Made by a program: the position numbers and the translations under genes. Below, piece by piece: positions 12,701 to 26,264 of a stretch of 64,000 nucleotides of DNA. The notes beneath the pieces are model-generated. The model was given only the letters and a program-made list of their open reading frames with translations, was not told the origin of the DNA and made no database searches. Within the stretch, counting starts at the first letter, position 1. Each line of letters starts with the position of its first letter. The stretch comes from Marsupella aquatica (lineage: Eukaryota; Plantae; Marchantiophyta): assembly GCA_973895155.1 (NCBI GenBank), contig OZ316892.1, positions 23,041,168 through 23,105,167 on the forward strand, written 5' to 3'.

Positions 12701-13874
12701 AAGCAATGGACTAATTTTGTTTTTTTATGGCTTAAAGAGGAAACACCTTTGAAAGAAGAAAGTGAGGCCCCCTGTACCTAGACTTTTTCTTGTATAAAAT
12801 ATCCATACTTTGAGCGTTGCAAGGTTCATGTGATAGGTTCATTAGAACATTACTTTCTTGAAAAAAGGACAAATGGAGAAATTGGTGTTCCAGGGCCCAT
12901 GGATAGAAATCACAGAACAGGGATGAGCTGATTAAAAATATTGCTTCTGACATTGTGACTAAAATCTGCTTTTCAGGGTTGCAAGAACTCATGGGAACGG
13001 AAATCTTGTATGCATCAAAGGGTACAGGTGAGTTACTATTTCTACTGTGTTGTGTTGCTATTCTCATAATCTTGAGTGTGGGACTTTGGGTTTAGGGTTT
13101 AGGGTCTAAATGCCACATAACCTTTGTCCAAACAAAACTTACTCACGAAAACCAAGTTCTGGGGGAGTTACTAGGTTGTAACTCTGCATCGGAAATTTGA
13201 GAAAAAAGCTTACCAGCGGTCGATCTGGGCATCATTTTCAATGAACTGACTTAGCATGCTATTCAATTATTCACAAATTTTTAGTAACAGTCACTCATAC
13301 TTAGCAAAGACTTAGAACCCAAATACTTGTAACCTCAATAATTTCATTGCATTGAATCACTCGTACTTATCTGAGAGGATTACCCACTTCACAACTCATC
13401 CTGAAAGTGGATAAAAACTAAGCTCTTCAGTTCACAAAGATGTTCTCCAAACACATGTTTCACACAAGCACTCAGGACAGCAATTTAGGACCCTGAACCC
13501 TAAACCAGAGTAGCAAGAAGAATAGAAACCAAGCTAGCAACCACAGAAGTGAGGCTTCATTCTCTGAGCACCAGAATGTGGCGAACGAGGACCCATTCAA
13601 GACCCAAGATGGTCTTTGAGCTGGCATGGGTAGTACTACGGTTCCCACCTACAGTAGGTTGTTCTCGGGCCTTTTGTTTCCTGCGTCAGGTGCTGGGTTT
13701 CGTCGTTCCCTCACCATATATTAATTGGGTGCTGGGTGTCTTAAATTAAAGAACAAAACAAGCCCTTAGGATAACCTGATTGATATCCAAGCTCAAGCAA
13801 CTCTTTGGAAAATCAGGGATCCTAAATAAAGCTCATGACTGCCTTCCAGGACTCCACAAGGCCTGCAACATATA

Positions 13875-14125
13875 CTGACAACACCAATGGAAGAAACACA
13901 AGTTAGAAGCGACGTGTGGGTGTAGTAGTGAATTGTCATCTTTCATGCCACAGAACCAGCAGAACCCCCCATATTCCTACAAATCAGCTTATGAAGGACC
14001 TCCAAAGGGCATGTCACAGACGCTGACAACACCAATAGACGCAAAACAAGTTCGAAGAGACATGTGGGTTCGGTTGTGATTTGTCATCTTTCATGGCACA
14101 ACTCCAGCATAAGTGCAGAACCCTA
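13875..14125. repeat. Diverged ~147-bp tandem duplication
   Basis: 'ctgacaacaccaat...acaagtt.gaag.gac.tgtgggt...ttgtcatctttcatg.caca' occurs at ~13876 and ~14023. Confidence 0.75.
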
Positions 14126-17100
14126 AATCAGGATAAAGGAGATCCAAAAAGCCTGTGGAGGATTGCTCCTGTCGGAGAGGAAAAGCATGTGGATGCCTGT
14201 CTGCTTGCGCCAAGCTCGTCGATGCAAAGTTTGCTGCAAACGCTGGCTCTGCTCTTTGGAAAGCCTGTAGAAGCAACCCTCTTTTTTCCATGTCTGCCTC
14301 TTCTCTACTTGCCGAAGCCACCCACACGAGTGGCTGGTAGAGGCTCCCATCCTGCAATTCCGTTCGATTCTGGGGTCACGAAAAGCTTCGGATCTGCTGC
14401 CGATTTCAATCTCGTGAGACACTTCATGTGGCTGTCTAAATTTGCGCCTTCTCCATTGCTAGGGACAAGAGAAGGGTTGAATGCAGCAAGAAGAGCGCTG
14501 GACTCGTAATAAAGCACCCCTGCTGCAAGCTAAATTTAGTCAGGCTATGGAGTAGCGAAAGTCATCAGGCGATGGCAGAGAAGCACCCATCGCTCTCTCA
14601 TCGGCAACGTGAATTTCAACCAATTGATTACGAGTACTCTGTAGGACTGCACATTTGACTGGGCTTACTTTCCCGCTCAAAAGTCTCGAACTTCTGGAGA
14701 CTTTTCTTTTGTACTCACACGATAAATAAATACTCCTCTTCGTGGATTGGGTCCTTTGGGCGCTTCAGAGTACCGAATCTGATAAGACACCGGAAGTTGC
14801 TCAGTTGCTCTATTTTATTTGCCTCCATTGATGATTTTCTCTGCTCCAAGCTTGTCTTGGAGTCAATGAATCATTCAGTTTCCACATGTCGATATGCTAC
14901 TGCTGCCAACTCTGAGTTCCAGTTGCTATCATTGGACTGCTAGCCTTTTAATAATTGGCTCTGCTTTATCTCCACTTAGAAGAGCCCCAAACAAGAAAGC
15001 TATTATAATTGGGTGTAAACTCACACTCTAACTAAAAGACAAAAAATCAGGTCCAACCCATTCAGTACAACAATATCTGATTATCAGGCACTACTGTAGG
15101 TTTTGGTTATTTGGGCCAATACAGTTTTGACTTTCTCTTGGATTCCTTGCTCTTTTTCCGAGATTGTAATTTAAGGTAAGATGAAGCTGATTTTTAGTGA
15201 GGAGAACAAATTTCCACTAAGGATTTGGGATGAGTTTCATTCGACTATGACTTATGTATCTGGAACCTATAGCTTGACTCACAGGTGTGAATGTGAGAGT
15301 GTAGCAACTGATGCCCAGCTAAATTGAAAGAAAACTGGAATTAACGCCTTACTGGTCAAGTTCCACTCAATATGTAATCCCAACGCACGAGTCCTACAGG
15401 TTGAGGATTGGGAGAGTTGTAATTGAGGTCCTTCAGTCCTTCCTTAATTACCAACAAAAGTACTAAAGAAGTGTGACAATTGTTTACATTATTTGGTCAG
15501 CAAACCAATTCTCAAACAAGGAAGGCTTTTCACTTTACTACTGAGTACTAGGGCTTTAGATCCTTTGCCTTTGCTGGAGAGTCTTGAGCCTTGTGACTCT
15601 TTGGTATTCCTGGATTTTCCCTTCTTTCCCCCCCTTAAGTATCCAAAGTAAATGTCTACGGGCATTGCACTGTCCAAAGTAAATGTTTCATGGGCCTTGC
15701 TCGGGTCTAAATGTTTAAACTGCAGCTGGATTTTGACAGGCAATAGGTGTCCTACTCTTGGATGTCTGGATCCCTCCTTATCATTACACAAAGCAGCAAC
15801 AAAGTTAGGCTATAATCACACAAAGGACACATTCTCTAGAAGTGACACACCCAATTACATACCATCCCGTCAATAATCCAAAAACATGCTTACCACAATT
15901 GAGACCCCACTCTATGATCAAAAGATGTACCAGCTGCCCTTCCCATTGACCATTGTTTTGACCATGGAAGAGACCTCCATGAAGTGTCAGTCTTTGATAT
16001 TAAAAAGCCAATTGTCTCAATCAGCAACAATTTATGAAAAGCATTGTGCAAATAGTTCAGAGGAATTTTGAAGACCTTCAACTGTCAAGCCAGAAGAATG
16101 GGTAAAAAGCCACACAAACATAAAATCTAGGAAGGTCCATCAACAAAACCAAAGTGGAGCCAAATTAAAGCCCACACCCCAACAAAAGGAAGTCCCCAAC
16201 AGAAGGCAGCATTTGGCTGCCAGGAGAATCCGAACTACCACTGGACGGCCTGACTGTGGGTTTGAGAGTCTCCTTTCCATGATGTTTGTTGGGTGGGATC
16301 CAACCTGTTACCCATGTGTTCTATTAAGTAATACTGGCTTTAAAAGATGTCTGAGGCACATGTGAACTGTTTTCACCAAAGCAAATTGGAGGGTCACATC
16401 TTGTTCTAAACATAGACTCCATACACCAAAGATCTTTCTAAATGAACTTCAATAAATACAAATCCCTTGAATGAAGGAGCCAAAGCTAGAAAAGTTCATA
16501 CTACCTCTTGCAGGAGAGATACAGTTAGTTACTAGACCTCCTCAAGAGACTTTCTGTCCCAAAGGACCAAAACTTTCAAGGTCTTTTGGTTTACTGCATA
16601 GAACCATCTCCTTGTGAGATCCTCTACCACATTGTTGGGCTTGCCATGTAGCCACCTATTACCGTGGTTGGTCCCTGTGTAACAACATGGCAAAGCGTAA
16701 TTGTGCACTGAGGTTCATGATGGCATTGAAGCACGCAAACGCCATAGCCCCCTGACCTTCCTCCTTGTTTGAGTATTGTGTGCACATTGTATACACTGTA
16801 CAAGGAAATTTGAAATTTAAATGTGCCTGCCCTTTTTGAAACCCATTGGGAACCAGCAGATTCAGTGTGTTTTCATTCATTGACATTTTCTTGTGCTTCC
16901 TGCTGAAGATAGCAACGACTACTCTTGACAATGTGCCAACTGCAAGGCACATCCAGATAATATCATCGGGGCAATTCAAGTTTATGTTTGAAACTTCTCC
17001 TTCGATTTCCTCTGGCATAGTAAGTTTCCTTCCCGGGTTCCTTATAAGGGTTGTAGGCTATAGGCAAAAAAGCTACTCTCCACAACGATGCACTGTGTTG

Positions 17101-20100
17101 TAGCAGGCCCAAATGGACAAAAGCATGTATTGTTCACATACATGGTCGACAATGTATTCAAGCTCACACTTAGACAACCTTATCATGCCCCAACCTTGGA
17201 ACAATGCTTGGTCCAAAGCCAGCCCATATGGCCCAAACCATACCATGTACAGCACAAAAGCACGAGTGTCAGGTATATATACATGGCACACAACACATTC
17301 AGGGTTCACATCAACAAGAAATATTGCTATCAAGCCTTCAAGAGGCCAGAAACAACCAAAATGGATAACTATATGATTGGATGATATACGACGTGCACAT
17401 TGTATTCATTTGGACACGCAGTTGGACACCCAATTGTGGTAGAACATCCGAGGTCCTCCAAACAAGTTCTTGTGTTATAGGAACTGAAAATTGCACTATA
17501 AGGACTTCTGACATAATGTCCTCAGAGGGAGGGCCACAGGTCCATTGAGAAAGGATTGAAACTTTTTGATCTATCCCAAGAGAAAGTCTCTCCAAGAGGT
17601 CCACTAAGAATGTCTCTCCCTCTGGTGATTTGAACTTCTAGACAAAATAAACATTCCACATCTAGATTTACTTGGGCCCACTATTTTCCATATAGGATTG
17701 TTAGACACCATACTTGAATAGGCCTGAAAGTTCTTATCCTTTGATTTCTCGGAAAAATTCAAACCAAAGCAAGGCTGCAAGCATCACTCAAACCAAGAGG
17801 GCAGGCGCCAAAGCCCCCACTTTAATTGAGGGATAGAAAAACCTAATTAATTATATAAGTCATGCAAGCCGGACTACCCAAAGGAGCCCCCAACTAGAAC
17901 CTAGAAGGATCCTCTGGAATTAACAAGGGTAACTACAAGTCCTGATAACCCCCGTGGCTGGGCCAGATGTGAAATCCATCTCTATTATGACTCCAAATTG
18001 TGGTATATATCTCCTATAGCTAACTATGTCATGCCTGCCCTTGCTCTTGTGTCCCTCCAAAGCACAGTGGTTACTGTACCAATCCTCATGGGGCAGGGGC
18101 CAGCTCCTATGAGCATTCCAATTCAAATTGGACAGTCAACTACTTGCACAATGCTGAGTTTTGTGGGTAAGGTGCATTGGGATAGGTTTCATAGCTTTTG
18201 GCTCAAGTGGCTTTCATCAAGGGTGTTTATTGTTAAGGGCCTGGGCCATGTACCTGGCAATCTAGACAGCCGCCTAAGGCTTGAGCACTTCATGGGTCTC
18301 ACAATGGGATGGTTGCACTTGTCTGTCCTTCTTTGGGGACATACAAATTTTCAATATAGATTTCAGGTGGCTCTGAGTCTATCTCAAGATAACCCATTCC
18401 AGCAAACGCCTGAGAAACTAAAGTAGGAGGCACTGTTTCTTTCTGTCCAGATAGTCACTAGCTGTGCACAATTCAGAGATGAGAACAAGGGAAATGGCTT
18501 CCTTTTGTGCATCAAAGTAGTTTGGGGATGAGTTTTTTAATCAAATCAAACAGAGAGCCTTAGATGGAGTTCAAGACGTGTTTGATTGGGAGCAACCCCG
18601 GCCAACTTCCATCATTGGGCCTGGACCTTACAGAGTTGAAAAAAGGTTTTCCATGTGCTAGACTGAGTGAAGTTTGCACTGCTGGTTGGCTCTCCCATTA
18701 GTGACTTTAGAAAGCACGGCTCAGTATTCTAGACCCATCTGGAACATCTTCCAACATTGGTTACATGTCATCGCCATACCAATCTTTCCCCACCTACGGT
18801 ACGGCTCGGTGGCGTTGCATGGTTCAGGAGTCGCACCTGAACTCATCCAGACCCTATTGGAAAACTTCCACCCATGGTCCTTTCTACTCCAATTCCAATT
18901 CCACCCAGTACCCCAAAACAATTGTTCCTTTGTAGTCTCATCTTGCAAGGTTATTTTGGTGTGGAAATCCAAGAATTCCTGAAAGCCCACATGTTTGGGC
19001 AATCAGATCCTCTTGCTCAGTTCCTCTCCTTGAATCCACTGTTGGTCCAGGTTTTTCAAATCAGACTCAGTTCCTCTGCTTGAATCCACTATTGGTCCAG
19101 GTTTTTCAAATCAGAGATGGACTCAAGCACTGGTTCCCCAAGTATCTCCTTAAAGCTACCTGACTTCGTTCAGGAATACAATTGTTCCTTTCATGCAAGA
19201 GAAAACATTGGAAAATACACTAGGAAGTGAGGCACCTTTCAAAATGGATTTGAAGGTGATCACTTTTCTCCCTCCAACCACGCAGGAGCCCCCATAGTGT
19301 AGGGGACCATTGGACTATAATGTCTGGACAAAGCAAGCAACATAGATAGGGACAAAGATTCAGGCAAGACTTCCATCTCTCCCTTTGAGACTTGGATTTC
19401 AGGCCCCCAAGCTCTTGTAAAGCCAAATGCAACAATTTCTGCTCATTACACAATCTAAATTAGGGTTTAAGGTTTAAGAGGGAAATAAACAATATGTCAT
19501 TATGTCTTGTAAAGCCACCTTAAGTTGAATTGTGGATGCACCTTGACCAGAGTTGCAAGACAAGGTTAGATATCTCACGTCTTGGCTGACTGCATTTAAG
19601 GCACTACAATAGCTTCCTCCAACAACAACCTAGAGGGGCATGACAATTCTATTTCATGAGCTCTTTGGCTTTTTGGTGTTTATCCATCACCACAGCCAAG
19701 CACAATCGGCACTCTTTGTATATCGAATGACCTCCAGCTATCCACCAATGACATTTGCAATGGATTGGTGGATAGGTTTCCACGCTGGTCAGGGGTTGAA
19801 TTGTGCAGCAAAACATGATTGTAAACTCTTGCCATGCCCTCTTCAAAGACCAATTTGCTATGAGATAGCTCTAAGGCAGTAATCCAAATCATTAGTAAGT
19901 GATATCCCCTCCTTTGATAATTATGTCATTAGTCTTGTACATTGTTTCTGCTTGGAGCAACACCCAGTTAAGCAAGTGGTGTTGAGGACAAACCATCACA
20001 CGTTAGCCGATTAGATCCCTTCTACACGGTTTGAAGGCCTCAGACCTCTTGTCTAGTTATTTTTAGTACTCTATTGTTAACAAGTTTTCAAGCCATTGAC

Positions 20101-23100
20101 ATTCTGGTTGATAATAGAGTCATATTGAGAATTCTTATCAACTAGTCCAAATGCCGGTGCATATGCACACTGACCCAAACTCCCCTTGCCCAACAATGTC
20201 CAAATATGCAAAAAATCTATTACCATAGAAATTATGACCTGTAGCTTTGCTCTCTGGAGTAGGTACGGTGCACAATAGACTTTAATTGCAAATTAGGCTA
20301 GGCATATCACAACCCAAGTCTCACTATAGATGCTATCAATGTGGTAGAAACTTGGAATGTTCAAGGAGCAATCATGACAATGCTCCACTTTGATGCGGGT
20401 TCATGCTGGACTTAGTTACAACTGTTTACTTAGGTACATAGTGTCTCTTGCATTAACAAAGACCATACGTTGAGCTAGTGGCGCACACAAGGGACTTAGA
20501 CTAGCATTGGGAGCTGGTTGAGTCATGGGAAGGTCTGAGCTCAAGGCAGACCGTCCTGAAGCACCATGTCGGCCCAATCACAACCGGCTAAGGCCAATAA
20601 TTTATAGTTAGAAACAATGATCTCTTTAACGAGAAGTCCGTCGGAAGACTTATTGGGTGTGTTGAAAAGCTCTCAAGGAGGACTACATCCTCCTGATCTT
20701 AGCTGGGTGTAGGGGGGACTTTGGTCCTCATGATTTTCAAAGGCTGTCTCATCCGCTTGCGGATCGTGCCCAATTAAATGCAGCCAAACCGTGTTCAGTT
20801 TCCCACGGGAGCCTATGTTGGGGAGGAAATGCAGTGTAGGCATGGGCGTTGAGGTCCAAGTGCATCTTGTTCTTGGACTCTTGGTTGAGTTAGAGCCTTG
20901 GAGTTGGTTGCCAAAGTCAGGGTTGAGTTAGGTTGTTGAGCGAAGGTTGTGTTAAGAAGCGAGTGCGGCTTACTATGGGAGTTGTTGTTGGCATTGATAG
21001 AGGCACCAAGTTGCTTGCTCGTGGAGATCCGTGGCATCCCGAGTATGTAGTGGTGCCCTGTGCAACAGAGGTAAACCTGACGTCAACTACATCAGAAATT
21101 ACTGTATTTTGGGGATTACTACAAAGTTCTGGTATTGGATTTGGGACGACCTACCATCCAAGGGGCCTGATCAAGTCCTCAATCCATCTTTGTGGTCAAT
21201 CCAGTCCAGAAGATGCTAGAGGGGGCCGGCTAAGTCCTTTCCTGTTCAAAAAGTTAAACCTCATTCTACAAAGTAATCGCTCTGAATGCCAAAACTACTC
21301 AAGGCATCATTCACTAAAGTGAGGTGTCCTTCCCTCGGTCCTTCCCCAAACTAGTAGTTGCTCATGCACACCTACTTGGGGTGTCCTTTCATTCGCAAGC
21401 TCATGATCTCACAATAATCTCAAACTTTGTCTGGTAATAGTGTGAACATCAAAGGACATGTTGGAAAGATTTGAGCTTTACCAAAGATCCAAAAGTTGTC
21501 CAAATAAATGCACATGTTTGCCAGAATGTCAAGCAATGCACAAGTTTGCCACAAACCAACATCTTATAGTTGGTTGGGCCCCTGAAAAACTAGTCGGGGA
21601 CTGCTTTTCAAAAGTGAAGTGTCATCCCCAAAGCAACCGGTATTGTCAATTTTGGGTGGAAAGTGAGACAGTCTGTTACACAGTCCATGCGGTTGGGCAA
21701 ACAATCCCCTTGGATCATTTGGGGTTAATTTTCCTATACTTCATGAAACAACTGGTAAGATCATGGACCTTTGACAATGATTACGACACTTAGAGAGGAG
21801 AATAGATTTGGTTGTGAACCTTGCAAGGGCGGCTCATGTACCATTCTGGCATAAGAGGATGCAATTGTGCCTTGGCAATATTCCCCGACTGCTCTTGGGG
21901 ATGGGGTTTTGCAATATAGTGATTTTGTGTATTGAAGGTTTTTGACCAAACCCGCCATGGAGATGCTTTCAGTTCATGATTGTAAAGTGCTACCAACCGT
22001 TGTCCCTCCTTCCCATTTTATGCTCTTCAATGGCCTCTGCGTCTGTACCAGTCCTTTGTGGTGGTGTTGTGTTTCATATTATATCACTCCCCCACTTGTT
22101 AATCCTTTGTTGCTCTGCTTCCCATTGGCAAATGTTGGAAACATGTTGAACTCAATGCTCTTTATCCTGCTAAAACAATTTGGCTCGTACAGACGTTGTG
22201 TTAATTCTCTACTCTTCCATTTTAATTTGTTTGTAGGCTCCTTGGGCTATTGAATTGGCTTTGCTTGCCCTGCTTTACCCAGGTCCCACTAAGGTATTGG
22301 TGGAAAGGGAAGGAGGGACCATGGTGACTGCTGGCAATCCTGGGTGTTGGCTACTATTTTCCATCCACACTTAGAGTATCTCCAGGAGCGCCTGCTGCCC
22401 ACTACAGATTGGTTTTGGCCAATTTTTTCTAGGCCTGGTTTTGCGCACATCCATTTGAAATTCACCAAAAGTCCCACTCATTTCACCTTGAGATTTTGCC
22501 AGTTCAGTTGCAGAACATTCAGATAGGGGATTTCTTGCATGTTCTCTTGTTAACTTTCTGTGTCTGGCCAGTGACTTGTCAAGATAGAGAAGCATGCTGG
22601 CTGATGGGAGAGAATTGTGGGACTTCTGCCAAGCCACCAAATGTGGCGGCTGCCTACACCCATTTGCACAGTCTATTTGCTTTTCGTTTATGAATACTGG
22701 CAATAGCGGGGATGATTGCTGGAAACCTGGCCTCCCAACTTAGATATGGAGGTTACAGCCCAAAAGGGCACAAGGCTGGAGTGGGCATCCATCTCAATGC
22801 CTGAATTCGAAAAAGAGTGCTGACATGGTTAGGAAGAAAAGTGGCAAGTTGGTACACGAGCGAAGAAAAGGTTGATTGATACATACACTAGACTAGGGGC
22901 AATAATACAATCAATTTGACCACTTTAAAACCCCCCTCTTAACAAAAAGCAAATCGCCGCACTGTGGGGTCATGCCTTCAGGAGACGTTTACATGCCAGT
23001 GCACCTGAATTACATCCTGTCCACTTTTCTCTTGTCCTCCAACCAGGTTGCATCCTGTCTGTGGTACCGCCAGGAACTGGGGCGTAGAGCCAAGCGGACA

Positions 23101-24184
23101 GCCGTCCGGGTGAGGCCAGGCGAGACGTTGGGAACATGGACGGACCGGTCTGCGGAGGGAACACGAAGCGGACAGAATCCACGGGAGGACTTGAGATCTC
23201 CCGTTAGATATTCAATCGAAGGGCGCGAGATGCTTTCGATGCCTCGCATCTGTTCCAGCGAACGCGACAAAGAGGAGATCCCGAGGTCCGTTGACGAGTT
23301 CGCGCAGAGAACTGATGGACTAGCGCCGCAATTGTGCCATCTAGGGGCAAGTCGCGTTACCCTTGGGGCCATGAGGCGCAATGAATCAAATGATGGAAGG
23401 CGAGGAACACAACAGGGCGAGTTGAACGACTATTTTAACCGCGGTTAGGGGCACGAGCGGTCGAGTTGGAGGTCGAGTTGGAACCGGGGGCTTGGGCGGG
23501 GGGCGGGGTGGGGGAAATGGCAGGGAGGAGGCGGTCGCCGGCAGGGGGAGTGCCGTCCGATGCGGGGGATCGACGGAGGGAGGGGGGCGAGGGGATGCAG
23601 CGAGGGTGCTGTGCTTCGCACAAGCGGATTGAGTGGCGGGCGGACATGGCGATTGATCGACGAGCGAGGGAGCGATCGATGCAGTGGGGGAATGGTGGCA
23701 GAGTTAGGTTTCGAGTTCGAGAGAGCGGATTGCGAGAGAGAGAGCTCACTCTGGTCGTGGAGGGATGGAGGGGGAGGACGACAGTGTGAAACTCAACTGC
23801 GTACATTATTAGCTCTCCGGCGCAGTGGGTCTTCTCTTTCCCCCGCTCTCGAGCCCATCAATCAATTTTGGACGACGAGATCTCCTCTCGGGTGCAGCTG
23901 GCCTCTCTTCTCCCTTCTCTCCCTTTTGCGCCGCTCTGATTCGGCACACGCCCCTCTCTCTCACTTCTCTTCTCTTCTCGTCTCGTGTCGTCTCTCTCCT
24001 CGTCCTGTGGAGTCTGCTCAGAGCTCTGGAGCTCTCGGATTCGGTGAGAGGAAGGTAGTGCAGTGATCACCCTTGGAGAGGCGGAGCGGGAGATTTGCTG
24101 ATGTCGAGCTCTCACGACTTCAATTGGTAGAGCTGGAGGGTCTGCCAATTGCCGCAATTGGACGAGGCTCGGCGAATTATAGCC

Positions 24185-26264
24185 ATGGTGAGTGAGCTGT
24201 GTCAATTTTTGGGAGGGCAATTGGTGTGAGATTAAGTGAGGTGAGGTAGATTTGGAGCCAATTTGACTCTGTGCGGTGAGGAATTGTGGAACTCGGTGCT
24301 TCTGTCGATGGAGGAATGTGAATTGTTCACCATCGTACACTTTCGAGTCTGCTGAAGTTGTGGCCACTCCAAATTGAGTCCGCCAAGAAGTTCAGGGGGT
24401 GGGGAAGTGTGCTTCGGGAATGACTAGCTCTGAGCGAAGTGTTCTGGTTGTTCGGGGAACCGCATTTTGAGTTGAACTTTTCGAAATTGGCACGAAGGTT
24501 CCAATTATTGAGCAGAGTGATGTAATTGAGTCCAATTCAGCTCATCCGTGGACATCCCATTGAAAGGTGCTTGTGCAATTATGTGCCATGCAGGTAGGAT
24601 ACGCTCTATCAGCACTCCCTCAAAAACCAGCATGGCTGGCGGCCTTGCTCAACGAGAAATTCTTCGTTGCATGTTGTAAGCATGCCGCTCTGAAGAAGAA
24701 CGAGAGGAACATATTCTGCGTCGATTGCAGTGACAGCATCTGTCAGCACTGCCATCCCACACATCGAACTCATCGCCTCCTGCAGGTAGAATTTCGATCA
24801 CTTTTCTGTTCTCAATTCGTAGATGGTTGGCATATCCTTACAGAAAGTAACGAATATTGCAATTTGGTGGAATGTCGTTTTGGGTGCACGCTCGTCTATC
24901 ACTTCTCATCAATTAGCCTTACTTGGCATGGTGTAGATGCCCCATTGGCCTGTGCGGGCTTGATTATCGTTGTCGTTGTGCGGCGGATAGTTCTTGTGCT
25001 TCTTGACAGGCATCTTGGGTCTATTGTGGGGAAGCTCTCGAGAGTTCTCCGTTGTTGGCCCCCCTTGTCAATTGGCTCCAACTGGTGCCGATTGTTGTTG
25101 AGGGCCCCAATTGGCGAAGATGTCTGTGATGTACAATTGCCTACGGACATGTGAGCTCTAAGCCGCCGGAAATATTTCGCCGATGTTCGTGTTCCACAGA
25201 TTCGACGATATGTGTATCACGATGTGATTCGGCTACTCGATGTCCAAAAACTGGTCGACTGCTCCCAAGTCCAGGTACGTCTGCTTCGCTGCTGCAAAGT
25301 TGTTTTTGAGAGCGGGAAGTTAGTGCATCATGAACGTTCACTCATTATGGGGGATCTAGTGCGTACTCTTAGGAACTTTTGATTGTGCTCAAATTTCACG
25401 TCTGCATTTGATGTTGCCTCCGAATCCGAACGCAATTTGCCATAGCTTGGTACTCCTATCAGACATGACTATGCTCTGGAGGCACTCTCGATGAAACCGT
25501 ATGGTCTAGTAGTCGGCGGCACTGCCTTTCCCTCCTGGCGAACTCCAGTTGCCCTTCCGAGTCTGCCCCCAATTTCATAGTTCTGGACGATGGTGGCGCC
25601 GAGACTTATCCTGATTTCGATTTTGCAGACATACATAATCAACAGCGCAAGGGTTGTCTTCTTGAATCAACGCCCACAGCCGCGACCTTCGAAAGGTCTT
25701 GGCAATGCGTGCGAAACTTGTGAAAGGAGTCTTCAAGAGACATACCGATACTGCTCTGTAGCTTGTAAGGTATACTACATTTCGCGCACGGCTTATGGAT
25801 TGTGCTCATGGTGTCCTCCTCATCAAGATCTGCGTAATTCACGTTGATATCAGTAACTGAGTTGAGTTTCAATGTAGTGAGTTAACAGTGTTGGCATCGT
25901 CTTGCAGGTCGATGCATTTATTAATCAAGGGAAGGATTTTGTCAGTCTCCTCCCGCGGTGTAGTAGCTTGCCATCCATTGAGAATTGCTGTCCATCGGAG
26001 TGCTTGAAAGGCGGGAAGCTGGATCTAGAGGATGAGATGTCTCCGACCTCCGTCTTGAGTGATCCTCCCATGCGCACGTCGTCGGATTCGTCGGGAACTG
26101 AGGGTGTCGGATGCGGCACTGTGACCTCCACAGCAACCACACTCCCCCCGCCCAAGAAGCACAGAAGCAGTAGACCGTCGCCCATGGTATCCTCACCGAA
26201 GACGGTCATTTTGCCCTCACTTAACAGGAGGAAAGGCACTCCCCATAGATCTCCATTTTGTTGA
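24185..26264 (+). CDS. PLATZ zinc-binding transcription factor, 255 aa, 5 coding exons
   Basis: Exons 24185-24187 (ATG only, then GTGAGT), 24594-24785, 25200-25274, 25629-25769, 25908-26264; all introns GT-AG, phase 0. Protein MVGYALSALPQKPAWL..FFVACCKH..ERNIFCVDC..ICQHC..HRTHRLLQ|IRRYVYHDVIRL..DCSQVQ|TYIINSARVVFLNQRPQ..CETCERSL..YRYCSVACK|V..RRKGTPHRSPFC shows all PLATZ hallmark motifs. Confidence 0.96.

Noticed and set aside
13086-13106. TTTAGGG telomeric repeats (also ~13490 and ~19460)
   Set aside because: Only 2-3 degenerate units; common interstitial or TE-associated motifs.
12730-14620. Minus-strand splice-like signals and ORFs suggesting a gene
   Set aside because: The implied intron at 13184-13213 is only 30 nt, and no coherent reading frame or domain emerged.
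22289-22477. Minus-strand peptide vaguely like a FAR1/MULE DNA-binding domain
   Set aside because: Only a loose C..G...R.S...C pattern; no transposase motifs nearby.
22970-24367. Multiple 100-170-aa ORFs around the PLATZ promoter
   Set aside because: Low-complexity products of GC-rich sequence in several frames on both strands; no motifs.
25518-25540. Resemblance to miR408 (gcactgcct..ccctggc) in PLATZ intron 3
   Set aside because: Several mismatches and indels, and no complementary star arm.
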